This document shows positions 1-9,893 of a stretch of 64,000 bases of DNA, piece after piece. The DNA lies in NCBI GenBank assembly GCA_041746575.1, contig JBGTGT010000022.1, positions 9,991 to 73,990 of the forward strand. The letters run 5' to 3'. The notes beneath the pieces are model-generated. The model was not told where the DNA came from. It saw only the letters and a program-made list of their open reading frames with translations, and did not search any database. The stretch is from Microcystaceae cyanobacterium (lineage in GTDB: Bacteria > Cyanobacteriota > Cyanobacteriia > Cyanobacteriales > Microcystaceae). The first letter of the stretch is position 1. Each line of letters opens with the position of its first letter. Position numbers and translations under genes: made by a program.

Positions 1-255
1 GTTAAATTTTTCAGAAGGATTGATGGGAATAATTCTCAGATATTTTTGGAATATGCTACTATGCCTGAGATTGGTTACCAATAATTCCCCTAAGCGGATA
101 TCTATGCTATTTTATCTGTAAACTTTGTCATTCGTATATGGCCGGTTATCATAACGAGAGATTAGCTGAATCAAAAGAATTTTGTATTTTCTCAATCGTT
201 CAGCTATTCCATTACATAAAACCCTATTAAAAGCCAGTAAAAGAGGCATAACTTA

Positions 256-1803
256 ATGAAAACCCTTATTTCTCCTATTTTACTTACCAGTAGTTTAACC
301 TTGGGTGTGACGACACTAGGCATTCCTGCCGCTCAAGGGGCAACATGGACGTACAATGCAATTCCCACCAGCAAAGCGTGTTACGCTGATTCACGAATCG
401 ACCCGAATACCGCACTCTGTAGCAATCCCAATGATCCGATTGATTTCCTCACCACGGGATATCTCAATGGTAGCAATACGGTTACGCCCCGCGGCACACA
501 AAATATTTATGCGGCCTTCGATCTCAGTAATATTATTAGCGATTTGCAAACCTTGCAAACTAATAATCCCAACTCAGACTATCTAGTGCGGATTGTTAAT
601 GCCAACGTGACAGCCTTACAAAGCTCAGAAAATGATGCGAACCCCAACAATCCCAATGGTTCGCCCCGTCTGCAACCGAGCTTTACTCGAATTACGCAGT
701 TTGATGCGAGATTAACAACGACAACGTGGAACGAAAGTACCTTAACCTTTGCCAATAAACCGACCGTTAATCCAGCGAGTATGCCTCTGTTTTCGGGGGC
801 AATTTCGGCTAATGCCAATGGCACAAGATTAAATACTTATACAGGGGATGGATTAAACGGCTTTTTCGACCAAGTGTTAAATGGGGCGGTTAGCGGCACT
901 CCAACTCCCTCGGAATTATCTTTTGGCATTCAATCTACGACGGGAAATTTTAGACCGAATTTGCCCTTTCGCGCCTTCCCTATTGATGACTTTGTGGCGG
1001 GGTCTTTCAACCTCAATTTACAATTGGAAGTCTATGAGAGGCAATTATGGACAGCGGTAAACCGTATTGGTGGAAAAAATACGTGGGAACACGCCCTCAC
1101 TACTGACAACACCGGAATCGTCATTCCAACGCCTATTGATCGCACATGGGTCAGTAATCAACAGGTGCCTTTTCGACTCCTATACGACGAAGCCACCCGT
1201 CAAGTTCAGTTTATTCTCAATCCATCGAGTGCCAATCCGCAAATTACGACCTATACGGCACCCCCCTTAACCGCCAATAATAAATTAGAAGGGATTGAGA
1301 TTCTGGCCAATGTTCGAACGGGTTTTTGTGCCAACGGAATTGACCAAAGCGTCAGTCCTAACACACGCTCAACCCTGCAAGTAACCAGTATTAGAGCAAG
1401 AGGCTCATCGACAAGCGTCAATATTAAACCTACGGCGGGAACAGCCAGTGCCATTGAGCCAACAATTCCGGGCTTTGAGCAGCAAAAAATGTTTATTCCC
1501 TTCAGTCAAATTTTAACCAGCGCAACCAACAAAGATGCCAGTCGCATTGATGGCTTCGTCAATATTAATTGGCCAGCCAGTGGGGTCAATCCGCAAACCT
1601 CTTGTCGAGATGGGGCAAATGCTCGAATTACCTCCCAAATTATTCCCTATTCAACGATCCCTCAAACGAGTCTCCCAACGACGACGGCATCCCCTGATAT
1701 TCAATCTACGCCCGAACCGAGTTCAATCTTCGGCTTGTTGTTAATGGGAACCGCCGGAATTCGTTTACGCCGTCAATCCAACAAAGAGGATGACAAAAAA
1801 TGA
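256..1803 (+). CDS. Secreted PEP-CTERM protein, possibly with DNRLRE-like and choice-of-anchor W-like regions
   Basis: Signal peptide ending AQG-A; C-terminal TPEPSSIFGLLLMGTAGIRLRRQ sorting signal; TTWNESTLTFANKP resembles DNRLRE domains (domain calls tentative). Confidence 0.85.
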   Translation: MKTLISPILLTSSLTLGVTTLGIPAAQGATWTYNAIPTSKACYADSRIDPNTALCSNPNDPIDFLTTGYLNGSNTVTPRGTQNIYAAFDLSNIISDLQTLQTNNPNSDYLVRIVNANVTALQSSENDANPNNPNGSPRLQPSFTRITQFDARLTTTTWNESTLTFANKPTVNPASMPLFSGAISANANGTRLNTYTGDGLNGFFDQVLNGAVSGTPTPSELSFGIQSTTGNFRPNLPFRAFPIDDFVAGSFNLNLQLEVYERQLWTAVNRIGGKNTWEHALTTDNTGIVIPTPIDRTWVSNQQVPFRLLYDEATRQVQFILNPSSANPQITTYTAPPLTANNKLEGIEILANVRTGFCANGIDQSVSPNTRSTLQVTSIRARGSSTSVNIKPTAGTASAIEPTIPGFEQQKMFIPFSQILTSATNKDASRIDGFVNINWPASGVNPQTSCRDGANARITSQIIPYSTIPQTSLPTTTASPDIQSTPEPSSIFGLLLMGTAGIRLRRQSNKEDDKK

Positions 1804-2103
1804 TCAATAAGCAATAATGCGATAAACTGCCTTTTTATCCTTAAAATTGTGGAAAATATCGACTTTATGGGGGATTGGAGTCTAGCACGCTAATCCTTTC
1901 TGCTGAAAAATCTTGACGTTAAACTCAAAATAAACTGAGAAGCTATGTTACATTTTTTAATAGGTTCAGCCAATCGTCGGCTTAAACCAAAACCATGCCA
2001 TCGTAAGCATAAACCGATTCTTGGAAGACTGACCCCCTCGGTTTTATACTAGATGGATCAGACTTCCTCAAGTGTAACCCTTTCATTTTTACGTTTAGCT
2101 TTA

Positions 2104-2772
2104 ATGTTTTCCAAACAAGTCTCTGATTCTCCTGTCTTCAAATGGTTTGACGAACGCCTAGACGTTGAGGCCATTTCCGATGACATCACCAGTAAATACG
2201 TTCCTCCCCACGTCAATATCTTTTATTGTTTGGGAGGACTCACCTTAACCTGCTTTTTAATCCAGTTTGCCACTGGATTCGCCATGACCTTCTATTACAA
2301 ACCAACGGTAGCAGAAGCCTTTACCTCCGTTCAATATATGATGAATGAAGTGAACTTTGGCTGGTTAATCCGTTCTGTCCATCGTTGGTCAGCGAGTATG
2401 ATGGTTCTGATGATGATCCTGCACATTTTCCGCGTCTATTTAACCGGTGGTTTCAAAAAACCGAGAGAATTAACGTGGATTGTTGGCGTCACCATGGCCG
2501 TGATCACCGTATCTTTTGGCGTAACGGGTTATTCTCTGCCTTGGGATCAAGTGGGTTATTGGGCGGTTAAAATCGTATCGGGTGTACCTGCCGCTATCCC
2601 CGTCGTTGGGGATCAAATGGTGGAATTACTGCGAGGCGGTGCCAGTGTCGGACAATCAACCCTCACCCGTTTTTACAGTATCCATACCTTCGTTTTACCG
2701 TGGTTAATGGCAGTATTTATGTTACTGCACTTCCTCTTAATTCGGAAACAAGGGATTTCTGGCCCCTTGTAA
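2104..2772 (+). CDS. petB: Cytochrome b6
   Basis: [37 protein letters not shown]-terminal QGISGPL; ATG at 2104 gives 222 aa. Confidence 0.98.
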   Translation: MFSKQVSDSPVFKWFDERLDVEAISDDITSKYVPPHVNIFYCLGGLTLTCFLIQFATGFAMTFYYKPTVAEAFTSVQYMMNEVNFGWLIRSVHRWSASMMVLMMILHIFRVYLTGGFKKPRELTWIVGVTMAVITVSFGVTGYSLPWDQVGYWAVKIVSGVPAAIPVVGDQMVELLRGGASVGQSTLTRFYSIHTFVLPWLMAVFMLLHFLLIRKQGISGPL

Positions 2773-2882
2773 AGCTTATCAATGACCTCCCGTGATCTTC
2801 GTTATGATTTAGGGAGCATTGCCACAATTCAGGACGAATCCCTCTTACCGATTCTTAGTCAAATTAAGGAGAGATCCTATCC

Positions 2883-3365
2883 ATGTCAACCCTCAAAAAA
2901 CCCGACCTCAGTGATCCCGCCCTGCGCGCCAAACTGGCTAAAGGCATGGGACACAACTACTATGGGGAAATTGCCTGGCCGAACGATATTCTTTATATGT
3001 TCCCTGTCTGTATGCTAGGGATTTTAGGTCTAGTCGTTGGTTTATCCATCTTAGATCCTGCCCTCATCGGAGAACCGGCTGATCCCTTCGCAACTCCCCT
3101 AGAAATTTTACCCGAATGGTATTTATACCCCGTTTTCCAAATTTTGCGGGTACTCCCCAATAAACTCTTAGGAATTGCTTGTCAAGGGGCGATTCCCTTG
3201 GGATTAATGCTGATTCCTTTTATTGAAAGCGTTAACAAGTTTCAAAACCCTTTCCGTCGTCCAGTGGCGATGACGGTTTTCCTATTCGGCACTTTCTTCG
3301 CTATTTATTTAGGAATTGGGGCAGCTTTGCCCATTGATAAATCGTTAACCCTAGGCTTGTTCTAA
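2883..3365 (+). CDS. petD: Cytochrome b6f subunit IV
   Basis: [13 protein letters not shown] motif, 160 aa, follows petB. Confidence 0.98.
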   Translation: MSTLKKPDLSDPALRAKLAKGMGHNYYGEIAWPNDILYMFPVCMLGILGLVVGLSILDPALIGEPADPFATPLEILPEWYLYPVFQILRVLPNKLLGIACQGAIPLGLMLIPFIESVNKFQNPFRRPVAMTVFLFGTFFAIYLGIGAALPIDKSLTLGLF

Positions 3366-3382
3366 CAGCCGAATTCTCTCTG

Positions 3383-3440
3383 CCTGCGGTTGCTTCTTGG
3401 TGTCAGTCATGAAGGGGCGATCGCAGGTCTTGTTTTGTCT
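3383..3440 (+). terminator. Hairpin after petD, likely terminator or 3' stabilising stem
   Basis: cctgcggttgc...gcgatcgcagg imperfect stem followed by tcttgttttgt. Confidence 0.5.
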
Positions 3441-3498
3441 CTGTATCAAGAAAATTGCTGATTATCTACCCTAAAAAAGGTTCTAAAAGAAAGGGATT

Positions 3499-4116
3499 AT
3501 GGCGACCATTGCAGTAATCGATTATAATATGGGAAATTTGCACTCTGCCTGTAAAGGCCTAGAAAAAGCGGGCGCAACGCCAAAAGTGACCGATTCTCCC
3601 CAAGAAATTGCCCAGGCAGACGCTATTGTCTTACCCGGTGTCGGCTCATTCGATCCGGCCGTTAAACAGCTTCGTTCTCGGCACCTCGTCGAACCGCTCA
3701 AAGAGGCGATCGCCAAGGGAAAACCGTTTTTAGGCATCTGTTTAGGGTTGCAAATCCTGTTTGAAGGGTCCGAAGAAGGCAAAGAAGCTGGTTTAGGCAT
3801 TATTCCGGGAATGGTGCGCCGATTCAAGTCAGAACCCAGTTTGACCATTCCCCACATGGGCTGGAATCAATTAAACTTAAAGCAGAATTCTCTTTCCCTC
3901 TGGCAAAATTTACCCCCCTCTCCCTATGTTTACTTTGTTCACTCCTATTATGTTGATCCTGTAGATTCCCAAGTGACTGCAGCCACCGTGCAGCATGGTC
4001 AGCAAGAGGTGACTGCCGCCATCGCTAAAGGTAACCTGATGGCCGTACAATTTCACCCCGAAAAGTCCTCGGAGACAGGATTACAAATTTTGTCCAATTT
4101 TGTGCAACAGCTTTAA
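3499..4116 (+). CDS. hisH: Imidazole glycerol phosphate synthase glutaminase subunit
   Basis: DYNMGNLHS, GICLGLQ nucleophile, YFVHSY, QFHPEKS. Confidence 0.97.
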   Translation: MATIAVIDYNMGNLHSACKGLEKAGATPKVTDSPQEIAQADAIVLPGVGSFDPAVKQLRSRHLVEPLKEAIAKGKPFLGICLGLQILFEGSEEGKEAGLGIIPGMVRRFKSEPSLTIPHMGWNQLNLKQNSLSLWQNLPPSPYVYFVHSYYVDPVDSQVTAATVQHGQQEVTAAIAKGNLMAVQFHPEKSSETGLQILSNFVQQL

Positions 4117-4161
4117 AAACGCTTAATCATCGACAGAGATAGCTGACGGAGGGACGAGATC

Positions 4162-4647
4162 GTGTTTAAAAAAATTTTAGTCGCAATGGATATGTCTGAC
4201 ATCGGGGAAAAAGTCTTCGATGAGGCGTTAGCTTTGGCTATGGTGTATCAGGGTTCTTTATTGTTGGTTCATGTCCTTTCTTCTGAAGAAAACAACAGCC
4301 CTCTTCCTATTCCGCCTGATCTCTCCCAATTATATCCCGCCCAAGGCAATGATTTAACCTTAGAAATGTGGCGACAACAGTGGGAAGTCTTTGAACAAGA
4401 AGGTAGAGAAACGTTAATTAGAAGAACCCAAAAAGCAACGCAACAGGGATTAGACGTTAACTATCGTCAAATTTCGGGAAGTCCGGGGCGCACTATCTGT
4501 AAAATCGCTCAAGAAGAAGCTATTAACTTAATTGTCGTTGGACATCGAGGTTTATCGGGACTAGAAGAACTATTGATGGGCAGTGTCAGTAATTATGTCT
4601 TTCATCACGCCCCTTGCTCGGTCTTAATTGTTAATGGTAAATCTTGA
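4162..4647 (+). CDS. Universal stress protein (UspA family)
   Basis: FKKILVAMD N-terminus; LIVVGHRGLSG...GSVSNYV..HAPCSVLIV. Confidence 0.93.
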   Translation: MFKKILVAMDMSDIGEKVFDEALALAMVYQGSLLLVHVLSSEENNSPLPIPPDLSQLYPAQGNDLTLEMWRQQWEVFEQEGRETLIRRTQKATQQGLDVNYRQISGSPGRTICKIAQEEAINLIVVGHRGLSGLEELLMGSVSNYVFHHAPCSVLIVNGKS

Positions 4648-4725
4648 ATTTTGAACTTATTTTCTTTTTTAACAAAAAGAGGCCTTTAATTAAAATTTAT
4701 CATTTATATTACATAATTGACAAAA

Positions 4726-7700
4726 ATGAATGAAAACTGGCAAGTGTCTTTATTTGAAAGTTTAGATGAGGGTATTGCTTTAATAGAAGAAACAAGCTTT
4801 ACTTTTTGCCAAGTTAATCCCTCTTTTGCTCATTTACTCAATTCTACAGTCAATCAACTCCAAGAACAACCCTTAGCGACGGTGATTCCCGATGCCGATT
4901 GGCCAATTTGGTTAGAAAACTTAACCCAATGGCGAGAGACTCAACACCCTCAATGGCGAACCCAAGAGATAAGGATTAAGGGAAATCGCTTACGGGCTAA
5001 ATTGCAATATCCTTACTCTGATAAGGGACAAAATTATTACATTTTACAGTTAGCGTCTTTTGATGATGCCAATTGTCCCCAAAATCCCATCTATCAATCC
5101 GTCTTGCAAGAATTACGCAGAAGCGAAAAGCGATTTCGAGAGATCGCTGAAAATATTCGAGATGTTTTTTATATTGTTTGCCCCAATAACGGTCAAATTC
5201 TTTACCTCAGTCCTGCTTATGAGCAAATATGGGGAAAACCCTGTCAAGCTGTTTATGAGAATCCCGATGCTTGGATAAATAGAATTCATCCTCAAGATAA
5301 ACCAAAAATACTAAAGCATATTGCAAAAAATGATGTTTCCTTGGAATTTAAAGAAGAATATCGCATTATTCGCCCCGATGGAGAAATACGCTGGATTTGG
5401 GATCGGGCATTTCCGGTGTACCAACAAAACGGAATTTTAGATTACTATGTGGGAATCGCAGAAGATATTACGGAGTATAAACTAGCAGAGCAGGAATTAA
5501 GACAATCAAAAGCCCAATATCAATCAATTTTGAACCTTAGTTACGAAGGATTTCTGATCATCGATACAGATGGCCACATTGTGGAAGTAAATGATGCTTA
5601 TTGTCATCTGTTAGGTTATACCCGAGAAGAATTATTGCGGTTAACCATTGCGGATATAGAATCCCTTAAACACGGTAACTGTCGTTCGCTCAAGTATGAA
5701 GAAAACTTTAAGAGCGATCGCTTTGAAACCTGCCATCGGAAAAAAGACGGAACTATCCTTACAATTGAAGCTAGCGTCAATTATTTGCCTGATTGTGGCT
5801 ATACGTTCAGTTTTATGCGCAATATTAGCGAACGCAGAAAAACAGAAGAAAAACTACGATTTCAAGCCCAGTTACTAGACAGTGTCAGAGAATCGGTAAC
5901 CGCCGTTGATCTAGACGGAAAGATCATTTACTGGGGAAAAGGCGCAGAAATTCTGTATGGTTACACCGCCGCAGATGTGGTAGGAAAGGAGATGACGCCG
6001 TTGATTGTTTCTCCTGCCCAGCAATCGGAAGAACAAATGCGCCTTGAAACAGCTATTGAAAAAGGATACTGGAAGGGGCAGTACTGGCAAAAACGAAAAG
6101 ATGGTTCTGAATTTTGGTCGGATACACTTATTTCCGTGATCAGAGACGAAGAGGGACGACCTCGTGGCTTAATTGGGATTGATCGGGACATGACTGACTG
6201 GAAACGCTATGAAATTGCCCTTCAACAAGAACGGGAATTTAAGAGTCGGGTGTTAGATAATCTCCCTATTGGTATTGCGGTTCATACCCTTGATTATACG
6301 GAACAATTATACATTAATGAGCAATTTTGTCAAATTTACGGACTTTCTCCCCATAAACAGATCACAATTACTGAATTATTCAATACTATTTTTCCCGATT
6401 CCCTTGAGTGTCAACAACAATTAGAACAATTGATGAGCGATCTTAGCAGTGGAGATCCTGAGCGAATGCATTGGGAAAATATCACCATTTATGGAGGAAA
6501 AACGAACGAAAAAACCATTAATGCCAAAAATATTCCCCTTTATGAGCAGAATTTGATGATTTCGACCGTTTGGGATGTGACTCCTCAACGCAAAGCAGAA
6601 GAGGAACTAAGGGAAAGTGAAGCGCGATTTCGGGCGATATTTGAACAAGCAGCTGTCGGTATGGCCATCGTAGCCATTTCAGGGCAATTTTTGCGTGTTA
6701 ATCAGAAATTATGCGATCTAACGGGTTATAGTGAGGCAGAATTACTAGAGATGGATTGCGGAGATCTTAATCATCCGGAGGAGCAAGATCTTTGTGTAGA
6801 AATTCGGCAAAAAATGGCGAGGGGCGAACTGACAACCTTGTCTGCGGAAAGAAGACAAATGAACGCCCAACATCAAAGTATATGGTGTCATTTTACCGTT
6901 GCTATCATTAAAAATGGTCAGAATATTCCCCAATATTTTGTTGCGATTGTACAGGATATTCAAGATCGCAAAGAAACCGAACTCGAATTACAAGAAGCCA
7001 AAGAATGTGCAGAAGCAGCCAACCGAGCAAAAAGTCAATTTCTAGCAAATATGAGCCACGAACTCCGAACACCCCTTAATTCTATCCTTGGCTTTACTCA
7101 ATTAATGACCCGCTCTGCTCAAACCCCTGTCAGACATCAGCAGTATCTGGAAGTAGTGAGTCGCTCAGGAGAACATTTATTGGCACTCATTAACGATATT
7201 TTAGATTTATCAAAGATCGAAGCTGGAAAAAATGAATTAGCATCCGAAAACATTTCGTTAAGTCTATTTTTAGAGAATATCCATCAAATGTTTCGCTTGA
7301 AAGCCGAAACGAAGGGATTACAGTTACAATTTGCGATCGCTGATGAGGTGCCTAACTGTGTTCAAACCGATGTCAAAAAATTACGCTCGATTTTGATCAA
7401 TTTACTGAATAATGCCCTCAAATTTACAGAAACAGGCAAAGTAACCGTTAAAGTAACCTGTTTAAGCGATGATCGACTAATCCCCCATCAGTGTCGCCTC
7501 TGCTTCACCGTTGAAGACACCGGAGTTGGCATCGATGCTTCAGAATTAGACAACATTTTCGACGCGTTTGTGCAAACCTCAAAGAGCCAAAAATTACCTG
7601 AAGGAACGGGGCTAGGATTAGCTATTAGTCGCAGTTTTGTCAAAATGATGGGAGGGGACATTCAGGTAGAAAGTTACTTCGGAAAAGGCTCAATTTTCAC

Positions 7701-8172
7701 CTTTAATGTCGTGGTTTCTGTTGTTCAGTCCAGTCAACTTCCTTCGAGTGTACTCTCCCACGAAGTGGTTTGTCTTGCAGAAGATCAACCCCATTACCGA
7801 ATTTTAGTTGTGGAAGATCACCCAACCAACCAAGACCTTTTGGTTAATTTGCTTAAATCGGTAGGATTTTACGTCAAGGCGGCCGATAATGGTGAAATGG
7901 CCGTCGAGCTTTATCAAAGCTGGCAACCTCACTTGATTTGGATGGATATGCGCATGCCTGTAATGGACGGTTATCAAGCAACTCAGCGTATTCGCGAACT
8001 GGAAGGAGAAAATTCGGTGGTTATTATAGCTTTAACTGCAACGGTTCTAGAATCCCAACAAATTCAAATGTTAGCGGTCGGCTGTAATGACATTGTCGCT
8101 AAACCCTATCGTCAATCGGTGATTTTTGAAAAGATGGCCCAACATCTAGGAGTTCGTTACGGCTATAAGTAA
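4726..8172 (+). CDS. Multi-PAS hybrid sensor histidine kinase (PAS repeats, HisKA, HATPase, REC)
   Basis: Five to six PAS/PAC units, H-box FLANMSHELRTPLN, NLLNNALKFT, DTGVGI, GTGLGL, receiver LIWMDMRMP; no TM helices; start may be TTG 4717. Confidence 0.93.
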   Translation: MNENWQVSLFESLDEGIALIEETSFTFCQVNPSFAHLLNSTVNQLQEQPLATVIPDADWPIWLENLTQWRETQHPQWRTQEIRIKGNRLRAKLQYPYSDKGQNYYILQLASFDDANCPQNPIYQSVLQELRRSEKRFREIAENIRDVFYIVCPNNGQILYLSPAYEQIWGKPCQAVYENPDAWINRIHPQDKPKILKHIAKNDVSLEFKEEYRIIRPDGEIRWIWDRAFPVYQQNGILDYYVGIAEDITEYKLAEQELRQSKAQYQSILNLSYEGFLIIDTDGHIVEVNDAYCHLLGYTREELLRLTIADIESLKHGNCRSLKYEENFKSDRFETCHRKKDGTILTIEASVNYLPDCGYTFSFMRNISERRKTEEKLRFQAQLLDSVRESVTAVDLDGKIIYWGKGAEILYGYTAADVVGKEMTPLIVSPAQQSEEQMRLETAIEKGYWKGQYWQKRKDGSEFWSDTLISVIRDEEGRPRGLIGIDRDMTDWKRYEIALQQEREFKSRVLDNLPIGIAVHTLDYTEQLYINEQFCQIYGLSPHKQITITELFNTIFPDSLECQQQLEQLMSDLSSGDPERMHWENITIYGGKTNEKTINAKNIPLYEQNLMISTVWDVTPQRKAEEELRESEARFRAIFEQAAVGMAIVAISGQFLRVNQKLCDLTGYSEAELLEMDCGDLNHPEEQDLCVEIRQKMARGELTTLSAERRQMNAQHQSIWCHFTVAIIKNGQNIPQYFVAIVQDIQDRKETELELQEAKECAEAANRAKSQFLANMSHELRTPLNSILGFTQLMTRSAQTPVRHQQYLEVVSRSGEHLLALINDILDLSKIEAGKNELASENISLSLFLENIHQMFRLKAETKGLQLQFAIADEVPNCVQTDVKKLRSILINLLNNALKFTETGKVTVKVTCLSDDRLIPHQCRLCFTVEDTGVGIDASELDNIFDAFVQTSKSQKLPEGTGLGLAISRSFVKMMGGDIQVESYFGKGSIFTFNVVVSVVQSSQLPSSVLSHEVVCLAEDQPHYRILVVEDHPTNQDLLVNLLKSVGFYVKAADNGEMAVELYQSWQPHLIWMDMRMPVMDGYQATQRIRELEGENSVVIIALTATVLESQQIQMLAVGCNDIVAKPYRQSVIFEKMAQHLGVRYGYK

Positions 8173-8326
8173 AGAAGCTTAATTGACACTCCCATCGACG
8201 GAGTCGAGGGATTCTTGGTTCTATGAGGTTGCTTGCTTTGACAGAATTACTTCAGTTAAAGTAGAGGCATCCTCTCCCCAAGCGTTTTGACTATCAGTTA
8301 GCCAAGTTCCCGTATGCCCTGCGGTA
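8167..8326 (-). ncRNA. Predicted omegaRNA (reRNA) scaffold plus flanking guide
   Basis: TnpB guide RNAs overlap the tnpB 3' end and right end, with the guide read from DNA past TCAA (here ttaagcttctttactt); boundaries approximate. Confidence 0.55.
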
Positions 8327-9459
8327 ACGGCAGTTGCTTCTCTTGGGGAGACCCCAAGACCGCACTGCCTCCTTAATCCTATCTTAAGAATATTAATCGC
8401 TGCATTTTCGTCTCTGTCTAGGCGACAACCACAAGAACAAACATGAGTTCTTGTTGATAGAGATTTTTTAACAGTTTCTCCACAATTAGAGCATTTTTGG
8501 CTTGTATATTGAGGCGGGACGGCAATAGTATGCTTGCCGTACTTAACCCCAAAATACTCCAACCAAAGACGAAACTGATACCATGCAACATCGCTTATCG
8601 ACTTAGCTAGACAGTGGTTTTTAACTAGGTTCTTTATTCTCAAATCTTCGTAAGCAATCAAGTCTCTCGACCGAACTACGCAGTAAGCTATTCTTTTAGC
8701 AAACTCTTTACGTTGCCTACTTATCTTGAGGTGTCCCCTACTTAATCTAGTCCGCGCTTTCTTTCTATTGGAAGACCCTTTCTTCTTCTTAGAAACTCTT
8801 CTTTGAAGTTTCTTAAGTTTCTTTTCTCCCTTTCTTAAAAAGCGAGGGTTTTCAACTTTATTCCCCTCGTGGTCAGTATAGAAAGATTCCAAACCAACAT
8901 CTAAACCGATAGCTTTACCTGTTGGTTGTGTCTCTATCTTTAGGTTAACTGAAAGAATGAATTGGCAATAATATCCACCCGCACGCCTGACCAATCTAAC
9001 CCGTTTTATTGATTCAATGGGGTAGAAATGTAAGTCATATGTTCCAACCAGTCTAAGCCGTCCAATACCTTTTTTATCAGTAAAGGTAATCGCTTTACGG
9101 GTATTGTTATCAAGATTCCATCCAGTGGTTTTATACTCTACAGAATGGCAATTCTTTTTAAACTTTGGATATCCTTTCTTACCTGGATTTTTCTTCTTGC
9201 AGTTGTCGTAAAAACGAGATATGGCTGACCATGCTCTTTCAGCACTTGACTGTCTAGCTTGAGAATTTAGCTTGTTAGCGAAGTCAAAATCATGAGCCAA
9301 TACACGACAATATTTATTGAGGTCATATCTTCCGACCTTTTCATTATCCATCCAATAGCGTAAACATTTATTTTGGACGAATTGAGCGGTACGGATTGCC
9401 TCGTCTATTGCTGTATATTGATGTTTTTTAGCTCTGACTTTAAATTCAAAAACTAGCAT
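8221..9459 (-). CDS. tnpB: RNA-guided endonuclease TnpB
   Basis: RuvC motifs GLDVG, AYEDL, DRDENAA; zinc ribbon CSNC...CSCG; GYPKFK; 15-codon in-frame insertion near C-terminus. Confidence 0.95.
   Translation of the reverse strand: MLVFEFKVRAKKHQYTAIDEAIRTAQFVQNKCLRYWMDNEKVGRYDLNKYCRVLAHDFDFANKLNSQARQSSAERAWSAISRFYDNCKKKNPGKKGYPKFKKNCHSVEYKTTGWNLDNNTRKAITFTDKKGIGRLRLVGTYDLHFYPIESIKRVRLVRRAGGYYCQFILSVNLKIETQPTGKAIGLDVGLESFYTDHEGNKVENPRFLRKGEKKLKKLQRRVSKKKKGSSNRKKARTRLSRGHLKISRQRKEFAKRIAYCVVRSRDLIAYEDLRIKNLVKNHCLAKSISDVAWYQFRLWLEYFGVKYGKHTIAVPPQYTSQKCSNCGETVKKSLSTRTHVCSCGCRLDRDENAAINILKIGLRRQCGLGVSPREATAVTAGHTGTWLTDSQNAWGEDASTLTEVILSKQATS
8327..8371 (+). repeat. 45-nt structured short dispersed repeat (SDR-like), copy A, in frame inside tnpB
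   Basis: acggcagttgcttctcttggggagaccccaagaccgcactgcctc; removing it restores KIGLSTAGHTG. Confidence 0.85.
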
Positions 9460-9565
9460 TTATGTCAAAGTGAACAACCTAGATCTAGGTTAGCATCGTT
9501 TTATTTTTATTGACCAAAATCTTTTCAAGCGTGCTACGCTGTTAATATATTGGTCAGCTTTTCAT

Positions 9566-9610
9566 GAGGCAGTTCTGTTGGCGGGTTCCCCGACATAAAG
9601 AAACTGCCGT
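9566..9610 (-). repeat. 45-nt structured short dispersed repeat (SDR-like), copy B, inside the IS left end
   Basis: Minus strand acggcagtttctttatgtcggggaacccgccaacagaactgcctc; 31/45 identical to copy A with the same termini. Confidence 0.8.
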
Positions 9611-9893
9611 CCCATCGGCGGAGCCGAGGGTCTTCAATCTGACATTTTAAGATAAAATCAAAATACCAAAAAACTAAAGATAAAATAAAAGTTAAGCTAT
9701 TTTTTGTAATTATATTGTTCTTTGATTGATTTTTACCACCTGATTGAGGCATTATTCAATGATGAATGGGTATCACTGTTGAGGGTAAAGATGACAGAAA
9801 ACGATAAAAAAAGTTTGAAAGATTGGCACTCTTTCCCAAATCTCCTTTTATAATAAGCGGATTCATGATCAAACAGAGGTTTAACGATACAGA

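Larger units (their letters stand above)
8183..9651 (-). mobile_element. Non-autonomous IS200/IS605 family element (IS1341 group, tnpB only)
   Basis: Right end on minus strand GAAT-ccctcgactccgtcgatggg-agtg-TCAA (hairpin 8191-8210); related left-end hairpin ccctcggctccgccgatggg (9611-9630); no room for tnpA; left boundary inferred from a TTAT upstream. Confidence 0.85.

Noticed and set aside
2053..2103. Upstream extension of petB
   Set aside because: ATG 2104 gives the standard length; the extension looks like 5' UTR
9534..9752. 72-aa ORF upstream of tnpB as possible tnpA
   Set aside because: No HUH or Tyr motif; it reads through the left end and the 45-nt insert
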